Below, piece by piece: positions 1 through 14,102 of a stretch of DNA of 64,000 nucleotides. Source of the stretch: Lingula anatina (taxonomy: Eukaryota > Animalia > Brachiopoda); assembly GCA_051362555.1 (NCBI GenBank), contig CM120642.1:3906001-3970000 (forward strand), read 5' to 3'. How positions within the stretch are numbered: the first letter of the stretch is position 1; each line of letters opens with the position of its first letter. Both the position numbers and the translations under genes were made by a program. The notes under the pieces were generated by a model. It was not told the origin of the DNA. It made no database searches and was given only the letters and a program-made list of their open reading frames with translations.

Positions 1-60
1 TACCATCCAACCTAAAAGCAGCCAGCTATACCATCCAACCTAAGAGCAGCCAGCTATACC
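1..60. repeat. 28-bp tandem repeat, 2+ copies, cut by the window start
   Basis: TACCATCCAACCTAA(A/G)AGCAGCCAGCTA occurs at 1-28 and 29-56, followed by TACC. Confidence 0.9.
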
Positions 61-924
61 TCGTTTTCATCCATTACAAAAACATTGGCTAAATTTCTCA
101 TAGTGCTAATACAGACTGGTCACCTTAATTAATAGACTGGTAAATTGCTGACCATTTTTTTTTTTTTTTTGCAACCTGTGATTCAAAATGCCAAAATAGA
201 AAACTCTTTATGCATCATTGTTATTTTGTTTCTATTGTTTCCTTATCAAAAATGTAATACTTGCATTTTATTTGTATTTTTTTCTCACAAAGATTCCAAT
301 CAATTTAACCCATTGTCTGAGGAATAAAGTCACTGCATTTTTATTTTTTCAATGATACCCTAGAATCTGTTTTTACATCTGTGAACATGTATATGATAAC
401 ATCATAACAGGAAGATGAATTCTCGGAACACATTCAACAGATATATTCATTTTAGAAACGTAATTCAAAAGTTGCATGACTTGCATGATACAATTAAAAA
501 ATACGTGACTAGTGTTTCTCATTTATAATTTATAACTTATTCTGTGAGAGAACAGAGTTTGGAATTTTTTCTATACCCACATCACCCATGGTATGTTTTT
601 TTCATTTCCCAAAGGCCCAGTTACATGTTGTCCATTAATCTAACACTATTACAGATATTTATGTACACACGTATTGTTCATATATATACAGGAGCATACA
701 CGCAAATACAGACAGGAATATGAACAGACAGACACTGATAGATTTAGGTTCTCCCTAAGGAAGGGGAAGGATCTTTGTCTCCAGGAAATAATAATATACA
801 AAGTGAAGGGATTCAAATTTCTTGGTTTTATCTTTTTGCTTTCATTACATGTAAATACATTTTCATTGAGAGAGAAGGGGTACAGTTGAAACCATTGGTC
901 AAGCCCCCTTCTCCCAATCTGTCA

Positions 925-1195
925 TTAAAACACACATACAAACACATGCGCATCCACACCCACAAGCACATGCACACACCCACATACACACACGCATGCA
1001 CACACACCCACATACACACACACATGCACACACACCCACATACACACACGCATGCACACACCCACATACACACACGCATGCACACACACCCACATACACA
1101 CACGCATGCACACACCCACATACACACACGCATGCACACACACCCACATACACACACGCATGCACACACCCACATACACACACGCAAGCACACAG
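925..1195. repeat. CA-rich minisatellite (~30-32 bp unit)
   Basis: Repeated CACACCCACATACACACACGCATGCACA; explains the HT/CV-rich spurious ORFs. Confidence 0.95.
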
Positions 1196-1454
1196 GTATA
1201 CCATTGCCCAGTCAGATTAGATCTCTCAGGCTAAGAATACATCGATTTTCCTCGCCAGTCACCTAAGATGTTTACCAAAGCCTGGTGTCGAGGTTTCCCT
1301 TCACCTGCCACGCCATTAGCTGGTTTCCTGAGGTAAGTTGACAGGAAAAATATCTGCTTACAGACACCACTTGCTTCATGGACTGCAGTCACTCTCCAAA
1401 TAACAGAAATGACAGATTTTTTTGAAATTTGAAAAAAGGCCAACATACATACTG

Positions 1455-1945
1455 GTCCTAGGCAAAAAAGGGATTGAGATCCCAAAAAGAATTTAGGTAA
1501 CCAAGACCCTAAAGAGGAAATGACCCCCCCCCAAAAAAAAAAAAAAAAAGTGACAAATTCCTGAGACCCTAGGGTAGGGACAGAGCAGAGGAGGAGGGTG
1601 ACCCAGACGCTAGGAAGGTGAATGAGACCACATCTAAAAGATAAAATTAATAGAACCCCAGGGAGAAAGTGATAGTCCCTGGGGAGAAGGCATCAGAGAC
1701 CTAAGGGAGAAAGTGATCATGGTCCCAACAAGAGTGAGATGAACCCCAGGTGACCCAGGCCTTTAAAACAAACTGACATTCTACTAAGAAGAGAAGATGA
1801 CAAACGCCAGGGAGAGGGAGTCAAGGACCCAAGGGAGATGTAGTCAGGGACCCCAGGGAGAGGGAGTCAAGGACCTAAGGGAGATGTAGTCAGGGACCCC
1901 AGGGAGAGGGAGTCAAGGACCCAAGGGAAAAGGTGACTGAGAACA
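1455..1945. repeat. Purine-rich minisatellite, 46-bp unit built from ~23-bp subunits
   Basis: CCAGGGAGAGGGAGTCAAGGACC.. starts at 1807, 1853 and 1899; degenerate GACCC..AGGGAGA subunits extend back to ~1455. Confidence 0.85.
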
Positions 1946-3933
1946 ATTTCAAAACTAAGTTCCCTAGAGAGTGGTTGACAGATACTGTATCTTGTAGAGA
2001 GCCTGGTTTTCATACTAACAGCTAAACCTCAAAGGCGGGTTTTATTCTTAGTCCTTGTTACAATGATAAATGTAAAAAAAAGAAAGAAAAAAACTAAGAC
2101 CCCTGAAAGATCAGAATCTCCTATTGTGCTAAAATATAATTGTCCCACTAGAACTGCTCCTGACTGCCAAGTATATCCAATTATGTCACAATTCCACATT
2201 TTTTTAGTTACAGGCAATCTACAGAACAAAACGGCAAGTTGAATGAATTAGGAGTAAAAAATGCAACCAATCAGTGCAACCTATCCAATTTAACCACACA
2301 TCCATACAACTATGCTCAAATTGCTAGCGAAACTAACAACAACATTTAATAAAAGCCAAGGGTGTGTCGTGGCTATTTACTCCACTGCTATTTAATGGTT
2401 CATGACATTAACTGCTACAGCTACTGAATGGAATAATACCACAATAACGGATGATGGTAATCTACTTTGAAAATGCAGCAAGAAAACGACCCAACTTTGT
2501 TAATTCCTCTGGTGCCGACTTAATGTGTCCTGTCAACGGTTAAACACATAGAGTAAATCAGTTGATTTTTTTTTTGCTCAATTTATTTTTCAGGGGACCT
2601 ATTTGAGGAAGGTTGCAAAGTGTATCTACTTTGAATAATCATTTCTGTTCCATTCTCTTTTTCTGAACTCAGTTGACACTGCTCTCTTTTACTACCTCTT
2701 ACTCTGATTGGGTGCGGGGGGGGGGCATCAGTCACGAATTTCATGAAATTTCATGAAATTCACTTTGTTTTCATAATTTCATATACCCCAGTACGTACCC
2801 ATAGCCCATATTGGCAAGCCTCTAGCTTTTAACTTTAAAAGCGCCCCCCCCCCCCTTCCAAGTAAAAAAAGCATAAAAAAAATAAGCTATCTACCCAAGT
2901 AAAGTGATTGCCTCATCACCAACATGGTCATGCATTGTTAATCTTATCTATACTCATCTATAACCAACAGAAGGAACATGGATGCCTAATTTTATCAGCT
3001 AGTTCAAAAGCAAAGGGAAAAGAATGATCTTCTCAGTTCGTCAACTTATCTACCAGACCAACCAATGGAAAGAACATTGGCATTCCCAACAGCTATAAAA
3101 GCTGAAAAGCGTGACAGTGCTCCTCGTGAATAATTTGAGAAGTCTTATTTTCTAGTTGGCTTGTGTCTGCTTGTTTGAAATGTAGAAAAAATGATCTCCA
3201 TAAATGCAACTAATGACCCCTGAAAGGAGTAACAAATACACTGGCGCCCCAATTTGTCTGGGCAGGGAGTAGGGGGCGCTGCTTTACTATGGGGCACACA
3301 TCAAAGTTCATGTCATAACTTTCATAAGTCGTGCTGTTTATTCACATGGGGCTTTCTGGTAAAAAACAAATAAATACCTCTAATTGACAGGATTTGACAT
3401 CTTGAGTATGAAATTGTTTTCTGGTTTAAGCTCTGGAAAATTTTTTTAGAGAAAACTTGCCCGTGTGTCTGGAAGGGTGCTACGACTGTCAATCATTGTT
3501 TGACCTCCATGTGAACTCAGTTTTTTTTGTGTCTAAACCGCAATCCCCTCTTTTATACAGAGCTCCAATAATGATGAAGATTTTCCTTTGAGCATCCTTT
3601 TCTTCCAATTTTACTCCTTATCAAATATCAACCAATTTTCTTGACATATCATTTCCATTGTACTTTCTTACTGACGTGTAATTGGTTTAAGGAAATACAA
3701 AGAAAAAGACAGCAGAAATGAGGTTTGTGATTTGAAACTTGTGTCGTAATCATGTTTATAACACCTTTTTGTGCTTATCCATGATCAAAAACATTATAGT
3801 CATCAAACAGGTGTGAGTTTTTTTCAGAAATACATTTTTTTTTCAATAACCAGCTAATCAAATCAACTCAGTCTGTGAACGCTGTATGTAAATCACATCG
3901 GTTCATTAAATGGGCATCCATTCCAGCACTTAC

Positions 3934-3986
3934 CCCTTCTTCCAATTTCCTCTTTACTTGCTCCACTTCCCTCACTTTGACTCAAT
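3934..3986 (-). other. Candidate 53-nt exon of an unidentified minus-strand host gene
   Basis: Minus strand reads tatttccattgcag|ATTGAG..GAAGAAGGG|gtaagt. Purine-rich body with one open frame (LSQSEGSGASKEEIGRR). No homology recognised. Confidence 0.4.
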
Positions 3987-6583
3987 CTGCAATGGAAATA
4001 TATCCACTTTAAGCACACCACTCCAATAAGTTCAACAAGCTGACACTAATGCACAACAACAAAGTTTCCATCTTGCATGTTACAACAGTCATGCCCAAGT
4101 AAACTCGTTTCCTCCTTAGCTCTCCTTTTTTTCTATATCCTTAAAACCTTAAACACCGTCTTTGTCATGCAATATAGGCAACCGACAACACATTAGCACC
4201 TCCTATCAGCTGAAAGAATGTGTTCGTTCATTAGGTGGAGGTTACGAGCTACCATCGGTTGTAATCAATATACATGGAGCCATTGATCGTAGAAGCATGT
4301 GTATTCCGCATGCATTCCAAACATCCCCAGTCAAGGTGTATGCATGCTGCTGAAGGCTGGAAAAAGGGGTGTGTGTGGAACAGCAGGCTCTTTCCACACC
4401 CAAGCACTTGTAAGAAAAAAGGGGAGAAGGTGCACATTATTTCTAAGTGCCAAAGTAAATCAGTGAGAACAACCATTCTATCCAAAAATAAATATATTTT
4501 TGAAAAATATAAAAAATAAAAGCATACATTTTTCATTCTTCTCAATTACATTTTATACTGAATCAGAAAATCAAAATCAAAATCATCTATCACTAATATT
4601 TTATAACACTTGAAAGTTTACTGAATTCACTCTCTTCCACTTTTAATGTCACTGCCAACCCCCCTTTTGGAGTTTCAACAACCATGCAAATCCTAAGTAA
4701 TTAATTCACAGAAAAATATTGATTACAGCACATTGGGACTGTGGCTTGTATAAATATTTTAACTGTTTTGGTGAAGATGAAACACCGCAGCAGGTATCAA
4801 ACACAAACTTGTACGAAGGGGAACTCCTGGTAATAATGTTTCCATGGCGTGAACAATAATTACAGCAAATGTTGATTAATGTGCGTTCGGGTTCATTTTC
4901 CCCCTGCAATTTGTAGATGTCACAACTTACATAGCATTTTTATGTAAATGTTGATTTTTTTGTAATATGATGTGGTACACAGTCAGCTCACTATCCTCCA
5001 TGATAAAAAACCTGACTTAATTTTAAAAAATGTTTCAAGCCTGACCACAAATTAAATCAACTATAAGTTCATGTGTAACAGTTAAAAATCCACTATTTGA
5101 GATACAAAAACAAAAGCTCTTTCTCTTTCTCTCTCTCTCTGCATGCATGCACTTGAGCATCCTATAGACCAATACACCATAAAATACACAATGAATTCTG
5201 CAAGTAACTTAAAACAAGTCACTGCAGCATCCGTGTTTAAAAGAACAATAGCTAGATCTCAACATAATGCCCAGATGTGGACAAAGAGAAATTTTTCGAT
5301 AGCACGAAGTGTTCCTTTCTCTCTACCGGATTATTAGATGGAAGATTATTATTATTATCAGCATCTGGTCCAGCTTAAAATCTTAGCTCAGAGCATAGGG
5401 GTGAAAACACTTAATGATTCATAAAAAGAACAATATCTGCTTAATATTAATTGCCGTTGTAAGTACTGGTATTAATCCAGCCATTGCAATTAATAACCAT
5501 GTATATATATTAATATCAATTATTCATTATTTATGACGATTGGCCATGACTATTGACACTAATACTTCAGATCTGTTAACTGATATACAAAATGCAAAAT
5601 TATTTCCTTTATTGTATTTAATATTATATCAATTCTTAACTTACATATGTTAGATTAAAATCTGACCTCTTATTAGTAAATATCAAGGTACACTGCACTT
5701 AAATGATTAGTCACTGAAGCAAATCTAAATGCACAATAACATAACAGCAATGTTCACAACATCAATATCAATAATAACAGGACAAATAGTGACTTACAAT
5801 GTCATTAATATGTCGCTTTTCTATTCATCACAAAGACATTCCTGTCACGATTCATTAGCATCCATTTCATCAATAAAGATTCCTATTTGTGCACTGAATA
5901 AATCTGATATAGACATGCTGTACATGCTTGGAACCGTTTTCCATGGTTTTAGTTCATTATAAGTGGCTGATCAAACACAAGGTCCTTGCTTGTTGCCTAT
6001 CTCAAGTAGCTCTAACGTTTTGCCAGATGCTTTGGTTCCTTGGTAAGGAGCCTGGCGTAATAGTACGAGTATTGATGAGGTCATCGCTAGAAGATCATCC
6101 ATGAATTGGGCTTGTATGACACCATTACAATACCCCAACACTATTTTGAAAGCAATACAAATATAGTTAATACATTACCTTGTTTGCCATGCAAAATATT
6201 AATCATCGTTATCCACACTCTCATTTTTGTCACAATCAATTTTTTGTTTCTATTGGAGTATTACTGTGGACCCTGACTGAAATCTGTTTTGTAAGCAATG
6301 AGTCATGGCTTTTTTCTGATATTTGACTAATTTTCTGTACAAAACATCAGGGAAATGACACGGGAAAATGGAACTGTAAAGAGCAAATTGGCAGATGCTT
6401 TTCCTTATTTTCCTGCTTAAAAGATTTCATTATATTTTGACGTAGCTTCCTTTAAATATTTGATAATAATTCAACAATAAAAACAAAACACACACATATC
6501 TGACTTCACTAACCTAAAAGATACACCACTTCTGGCAAATTATTTATCATAATAGTCTAAACATCCCATTATTACCCGAGATT

Positions 6584-6586
<3 letters not shown>

Positions 6587-6637
<51 letters not shown>

Positions 6638-6645
6638 TTTGTGTA
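6587..6645. repeat. Compound (CT)n(GT)n microsatellite
   Basis: Read directly from the sequence. Confidence 0.95.
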
Positions 6646-7517
6646 TAAATATATATATCTTATATTGCTGATTTGCTAACTTCATTTGCCCTTCATTTCA
6701 ATGAATATCTGATACATCAAACTATTCAAGACCTGCATGGCATAACTTGACATCTGGTATGATAAAACTGTTACACTTCTTACAACTGGCTATGAGCTTA
6801 ATCACTGATTAAAATCTATTTACTTGTCTTAATTGCGAGACTATCAAAATGCCATTTAACAGTCCAGTATTCAACTCAAACAGCAGCCACCAAGGGTTGG
6901 TAATTTACAAGGTGGAAAAAGCCTGAAAAGCAATCAATGGCCCTACTTTTTCTCCTTGGAACTGCAGCCCTAATGATAAAATGATGAACAGTCATTTGTT
7001 AATAAGAGACTGGCTGGAGAGAAACCCCTGAGGTTTATTCCAAGAAATACATGAACAGAAAACCTCAAGTCTGCGGCGCGATAACTCGGGGTGCTCCCAC
7101 ACAAAAGATTTTTTTATGGATCCCGCATCGATCTGAAGGACAATTAACCCAGCTAGCTTTTTAGTCTTCTTGCAGTTAACCCAGTTATGTAACTGATGGG
7201 AGGCAGGTCCCACTCTTATCATTATATACTATGTGTAAGTTAATTGATTGGAAAAATGCTAGGCACCACTTGTTGTTTTTTATTGCAATCAGCACTGGTA
7301 TGGCAGAGTGACTTGGATCTTGTATGAATGCAGACATACACTGTCTAACCGCAGAGTTTCTTTCAGGGTTCCATACATTTTATGGGAACAAAGTTTCCTG
7401 ATATTTCTCTGATATGGCAGTTAAATATTTAAGGATAATAATTATGAACTATTTCTTTATTGCTTTAAACATATTCCATAAGCTGCTAATGTAGAGAAAA
7501 GGAAGCATTTACTTTAA

Positions 7518-7773
7518 GGGCTAGTTTCCATTGAAACAAGTGGTCTCCATAGAGCGAGCCAACTCCCTGCGAACCCTCGCAGAATGCAATCAGTGCAACA
7601 GATAAACACGCCTCCTCTTGTGTCCAACATACTCATATAATCTCCAGCTATTCTGTATTCTACTTAACAGCAGGAGAAGGCGTGTGAATCTGTTAAACTG
7701 TAAACATTCAGCAAGAGTTCCCGCGGAGTTGGATCAACCTACATAGGCCAACTGTTTCAATGGGGCTGAGCCC
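7518..7773. mobile_element. PIF/Harbinger-type (Tourist-like) MITE
   Basis: Ends GGGCTAGTTTCCATTGAAACA and TGTTTCAATGGGGCTGAGCCC are imperfect inverted repeats, flanked by TAA on both sides (7515-7517, 7774-7776). A second copy lies at 32661-32910. Confidence 0.75.
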
Positions 7774-10312
7774 TAAGCTACAGTACTACAAATCCACCAC
7801 AACTATGTTATCATCCATAGACTTTAAAAGGTTCTTTGGTAGGATCGAGCCCAAGCCGAGAAGGTCTGACCAAACAAAAGTATTGGACTTTTCCCTGCCT
7901 GGAAAAGGAGACATCATTTTCCAGGTTTTCCTTGATAACCATGCAGGTAGGGTGGGAACTTTGATCTCTGAAAGCATGATGGCAGAAAAAAAGAGGGGGG
8001 GGGGGGCAAGACTTTAGTTGCAGTGTACGATAGATTGCAAAGATACTACCACCTCCTTCACCAGAATGGTAATTAATTGCAAATGGAAAAAAACTTGTTT
8101 TGTAATAGTTCACCTTTACTGTTTTCTCCAGTTACATGGAAAAAGTACAATGTTACATAATCATATACAGGATACAAAACATAATACATCGGATACATAT
8201 TATGTTGTCAGAAGAAATTAGTATTCTCTCTTCCCTTGGGACAAAACAAATGACAAGGTTGTACTTAGACTCACAAATAACACATACAATATGCCTGCAG
8301 TAATAGAAGTAGACAGTATATGTTACCAATATATCCTTTAAGATGTTCATGAATAAATGAGAAAAACGTACGATAATGAATACCTTTGACAGGACGATGA
8401 TTAAAAAGGACATGTAAAATATCTGACATAAGCAAAATAAGTTAACATTTCTTCACTATTTTTAATCTAATATAGTGACATCTGGCACTTTACCTCCTAT
8501 GAAAAGAAACAAATTTAAAGTTCGAGTCTGGGTCTGATATGAATTTGAGACGACTTGTCTTTAAGAGTCTTTAGCATTCCGCAGCCCAGGGCTCTGAATC
8601 GATAAGCTAATTGGGTGCAGTGTCTCTGGGGGTGTGAGGATCATTAACACACAATGTCAAAAAATAATGAAGGCAGACATTGTAACCCCACCACAACAAC
8701 GGCTGCTAGCTGAAGACCAGAAAGTGTCTGACTTAGAAAAATTTTCTTTGTAATTTTGGAAGACAAGGACTTGGTGATTACTTCATTTTTTTTTTATTAT
8801 TTTCTTTTTTTGTTTTATTTCATGTGGGGTGGAGAAATAATTCATATGTTCTTATTTGAGAGGGTCTCTACACATAAAAAATAGATTTGTGTGTGTGTGT
8901 TTGTGTGCATGCATGCACACATGAACACATAAGCATGAACATTTGCAAGCATTTGGTTATCTCAACTTCATATTATATAATTGCATATGCAATCCTTTCA
9001 CTCACTTTGGGAAATTGTTTCTGCTCTTTGAAAACCCATGCCATTGGTGTCCATGTGGAACAGAACTCATGAAACATTCATGTAACTTGATGAACTGAAC
9101 ATACTATTTTAAGACTTTGCTTCTTCAGAAAAAATTGATCTAGCAAATACGAGTTTCTAAATAGCATTTTATTTATCAATTTACTTCAGTAAATCATCAT
9201 GCTCATTTAACTACAGGCATGGCTTTGCATCAGAAACTTTTGGACTCTGCTTTCATTTCCTGTATACTGACAAACTCACCTGTGATCAAAATCAGCAAGT
9301 CTCTTTTGCAGAATTACCAAGAAGCTATCCTCATTAACCTGTAGCTCAATTGTGCTTTGGAGCCATTCTTTCTTTCCGCAGAACATTGGCGGTTTCTACA
9401 GCTCACCACTGGGGAAAGTTAACCTTTTCCTAATTGCAACAAAGTTCCTGAAGTGGAAGGTATCAAAATGATGCCTGACAGAAAAATGAGTTTCTTTTTT
9501 ATCAGTGCTTCCTTGCTACCTTTGAATGCAAACGAAGAACCAAGTGCTTAAGAACTTTTATAAAAATCTGTATAACTGGTCTGCTGGTTTGTGTTTCTTA
9601 TTCACAAACAGGGCCCAGTGGTTGGAATAAGGTCCAAAACATGCACACGTATGGGCATTCTGAGGATATCCGTCTTGCAGTCAACATCCTATTATCCAGG
9701 GAAATGTCCCCATTCAATTATTGCCCATCTAATATGTTTTACTGTTGGTGCTTTTAAGACATGTTTTGGCATATTACTGGGTAATTAATCTCTGCTTGGG
9801 TTCAGACAACCAGGGGTCAGCAAATGGGAAAGTTGCATGACACTTCGCATTTTTGGGGGAAAATAAAGAAAATATAATCTGCAAATGAAATAGCACACCA
9901 TGGGCCTTGCCAATTTTCACAATCAAATCTTTTTGTTTTCAGGTGCTTTTCTCTTATCAATGTCATACTGTGTTTTACGTGGAGGATCAAATCTCTTCGT
10001 AAAAATCATAATGCCAGTGTGGCTCTGGCATTGCATGTGAAGATCTTGGGTTCTTGATAACTGTTTGTCGTATATAGAAATCTCCCACCACTTAACACCT
10101 ACACACCGTATATATTATTGCTGATGCCATCCGAGACCTCAATGTTATTTCTCTAATGAAAGAAAACAAATGCAAAAAGTGCACAAATTGCTGGGGTGTC
10201 CTAATTGCTTTGTACTAGAATGACAGTGAAAGTGACAGTGACTGGGTGCAAGGCGTTCTGGTGAGTTTTTCTTTTTTTAGCAAAAATGAAAACCCAGGTA
10301 ATAAAGCTTGGT

Positions 10313-10502
10313 CAGGCCTGTGGTCAGCAATTTCAAAAGGGGGAGGGGTCTTTTCTAAAAAATTGCCCCACCCCTGCCCAGCTTAGATGACCCCACTTGT
10401 GAAATTGCACAGATCCTCGTTTAACTTTTGATTCAACTGGACTTTTTTCTGACTAAAATGATGGTTCTTTTGAATCCCTGAACCCCCATGCCTACAAGTC
10501 TG
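10313..10502 (+). mobile_element. Degenerate MITE, family A (CAGGCCCGTAGCCAG termini)
   Basis: CAGGCCTGTGGTCAGCAATTTCAAAAGGGGG matches the start of the copies at 31188 and 52092 (reverse complement). Confidence 0.65.
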
Positions 10503-10769
10503 TTGATGATTTACCTAATTATTTTATAGAAAATTTCATTAGCATGCTAAAAACATGCATCTATTCTTTAAAAAGCTTAAAGCTTTAAGAATTAGAGCTT
10601 GAATTATCAGTTATCTCAGAGAAAATGACAATTGGAAGATGTAACATAACTATGATATCTCTATACCATCTACATGTACATAAACACATGCACATATACA
10701 TGCACAAATTTCATACATTAATGTATGTACAAAATACATGTGTCTTGATTTATCCTATCACATCTGGAC

Positions 10770-10816
<47 letters not shown>

Positions 10817-11759
10817 CCCAGACATACACACATGCCTAATTAACTTCATAATGCACTTGATCATCACACCCAACCATAAAGTGACCACAGCTGCTCCACT
10901 TGACCACTGGTGACCAACCGCTGGCCACATACCACTTAATCTCTGTCATCCTAGCAGTATCCCACTTAATGAGTTCCTCAGTATATCTCACCTGGACAGA
11001 CTCAGGTATGTGTTACCTGCAGACATGATCACATGTGTGGCACGCAGGCTGCGGTCAGACAACCTTAACAACAACACTAAAAAACATTTTAGTTCAGATT
11101 GCAAATCTTTTAATCACATAATCTGAACTGCGGTTCCTGGATTGAGTACCAGTAGTCAGTACAATTAGTATCAGAACCAGAATAATTTATCTTCTTCAAT
11201 CCAAATATGTCGAGAGAACAATTTCTAAGTATGAAAACACGTTGAAGTGTTGCAAAACTGATCCAAATCATGTTCATTCTAAACTGTAACAAAATATTCA
11301 CCACTAATCTCTTAAATTCTGAGAAGACAACTTTCAAAGATGTACACCAACAATGGCAGAATAACAAAAACATAGCCAGATTGTAATGGGAAGCATCTGA
11401 AATGTATGCAGCAATGAATAAAGTCCCACAGACATTTTCTAGTTGATTTCTCTCAAGTTGTGTGGAATACAAAAATTCTATTGCACAAAAGTACAAATTC
11501 ACTGTTTTGGACACTGCTTTTGTATTGTTTTCTCAGAAGACTATATAGGGGCATAGAGTTTCAACTTCATTGCTGAATAGATAACATTAATAGATACTCC
11601 CACATTTTCCAGTGTTGTATGATATGTCACAGGGTGCTGACAGCCTTATTTAAGCTCACATGATTTCCCTTGGTGTAGACTTTCAGAATTTGAGGCTAGA
11701 ATGTTTTGGCTAAAACTGACTGAATGTATCCATATCACAAGTCCATCACTTTCGATTAA

Positions 11760-12095
11760 TTAAAGAATATTTGCACACTTTGTCATGTGCACTTTCCATT
11801 ATGTTTGTCCATTGGATTATGTTGGAGCTTCAAACTATTTATTTTCTTTAATATTTATCAACTCTACAGCATTATATGCAGCATCTGGTTCTGATGTTTG
11901 TTTTTATTCAATAATTCAAGATAAGTAAGTAAAGTGACACAGGAAAGACAAGCTTGCCATCACACTTAAGCCATGCTGCTTTATAAAAGCTGCAAAAGAT
12001 GAGTTATCATTATTTTGAACTACCGTGACCCCTTTTTTAATTCAAAAGTAAAATTATATACTATAAGCCAGGTATTAACCAGATAACCATCCAAT
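11760..12095 (+). repeat. Local duplication, segment X copy 1 (336 bp)
   Basis: Apparently identical to 12374-12709. Confidence 0.95.
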
Positions 12096-12097
12096 CA

Positions 12098-12380
12098 AAT
12101 GTACACTCATGAGTGGCCACAGTGGTCAGAATCCACTCCCTCACACCTGCAGTGGACACGATCCACTTGACAGTGACCACTGGCTACCCTGGGTCAATTT
12201 ATAGATTAATTCTACCTGAATGAGGATTGTCCAAGATAGCCTTAGGTCTTGCCTTAGATAGCCTCAAGTTTCAAAACTTCACTTAAAATAAAGCAAAATT
12301 TTGTAGGATTTCCAGGAATGGGGTTAGAAATAATGGCCGACTAGTTTGTGTGGCGCTGCAACAAAATAAAAGCTTAAAGA
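12098..12380 (+). repeat. Local duplication, segment Y copy 1 (283 bp)
   Basis: Apparently identical to 13353-13635. Confidence 0.95.
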
Positions 12381-12709
12381 ATATTTGCACACTTTGTCAT
12401 GTGCACTTTCCATTATGTTTGTCCATTGGATTATGTTGGAGCTTCAAACTATTTATTTTCTTTAATATTTATCAACTCTACAGCATTATATGCAGCATCT
12501 GGTTCTGATGTTTGTTTTTATTCAATAATTCAAGATAAGTAAGTAAAGTGACACAGGAAAGACAAGCTTGCCATCACACTTAAGCCATGCTGCTTTATAA
12601 AAGCTGCAAAAGATGAGTTATCATTATTTTGAACTACCGTGACCCCTTTTTTAATTCAAAAGTAAAATTATATACTATAAGCCAGGTATTAACCAGATAA
12701 CCATCCAAT
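12374..12709 (+). repeat. Local duplication, segment X copy 2
   Basis: Matches 11760-12095; overlaps Y copy 1 by TTAAAGA. Confidence 0.95.
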
Positions 12710-13352
12710 TGTCTTTTAAACTCTTTATTTCAGTTTTAGATTGCATTTTTTAGATATTTATTAATGCAGTATTTATGGAAAATATAAATAGCATGTTTCA
12801 ATGCAAAAATGAATTATGACTCCCTATTTCCAAATCCTGAAAAAAGCCTTGTTGTAAGAGTAAAATTTTATTCAGAATTTGTCTGAAATAATGACATGGA
12901 GTAGATAAAAAAGTATGATGTTTTTTACGGACAAATATTCCTGTACCTGATCATTTTGACCAGGTGGTGGTTTACTATAAAGCAAATACTACAATTGTCA
13001 CAAGAACTTGACACCACCAATATCATTAATCACCAATGAAAGAACTAGTAGCTTTCCAAACTTTTTTTTGTTAGAAAAGGGGCGTTTTTTATCATCTATG
13101 GGTCAGCAGTTTTATGGCCACAATAGATCACACTATTGATTGATGTCCAGCTGATGTTAATGTCCACTGTATTTAAATAGAAAAGAAAGAACAGTGTCCA
13201 TCCATCATTAATTTGTAATTTCACCTATCTGAAATTTAAATAAGTTCACTGTCTTGCAGGGTGGTCAGTGATGGTCAATTTTCTCATCAATTCCAAATCA
13301 CAATGTCCACTGAAAGGGTCAAGGGCATGTCCAGAGAACTGACAGAGGAAAG

Positions 13353-13635
13353 AATGTACACTCATGAGTGGCCACAGTGGTCAGAATCCACTCCCTCACA
13401 CCTGCAGTGGACACGATCCACTTGACAGTGACCACTGGCTACCCTGGGTCAATTTATAGATTAATTCTACCTGAATGAGGATTGTCCAAGATAGCCTTAG
13501 GTCTTGCCTTAGATAGCCTCAAGTTTCAAAACTTCACTTAAAATAAAGCAAAATTTTGTAGGATTTCCAGGAATGGGGTTAGAAATAATGGCCGACTAGT
13601 TTGTGTGGCGCTGCAACAAAATAAAAGCTTAAAGA
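13353..13635 (+). repeat. Local duplication, segment Y copy 2
   Basis: Matches 12098-12380. Confidence 0.95.
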
Positions 13636-14102
13636 CTTTATCCTGGGATATTTATTTTAGGATGATGTCCATTTGTCAGGAGGGTCAGCATGGTCCAGCT
13701 CACACCTGTGTGACCTATGACTATCAATTTTCAGTCAAATCATTTATTTCAAAGCCTAAGTCACAGACTTTTTTGTTAGGCTAAGACAAATGGATTTTTA
13801 CCCCCCCCCCAAAAAAAAAAAAAAAAAAAAAACCTTCCCAACATGATATATTTTTGTGATTTTTTTTTAATCTCAAAAACCATCTTCAAACAATCATATC
13901 TGGAAGCTATATTTTAATTGCTGCAACATAATTACATCTTCTTGAACTTTAGGACAACATGAGAACTAAGTCACTTGACTTTTCAGTCTTTGTGCGGTTT
14001 ATAAATATGATTCTGACTATATTTTATATTGCTATGTAAATTGCCTTCACTGAAACACCATTTCGTTATGATTCATTAAATATTAGTCAACATTACACTT
14101 AC

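Noticed and set aside
775-1266. Cluster of 60-163 aa ORFs rich in H/T or C/V
   Set aside because: These are translations of the CA minisatellite.
1230-1338. Plus-strand segment ending in GAG|gtaagt
   Set aside because: Weak acceptor, stops in all three frames from the nearest CAG, and no supporting plus-strand exons.
7786-7977. Minus-strand ORF after a plausible acceptor, as a possible terminal exon
   Set aside because: No recognisable homology and two frames are similarly open; it cannot be supported without transcripts.
11110-11514. 134-aa minus-strand ORF
   Set aside because: Non-ATG start, no recognisable domain, and composition typical of AT-rich non-coding DNA.
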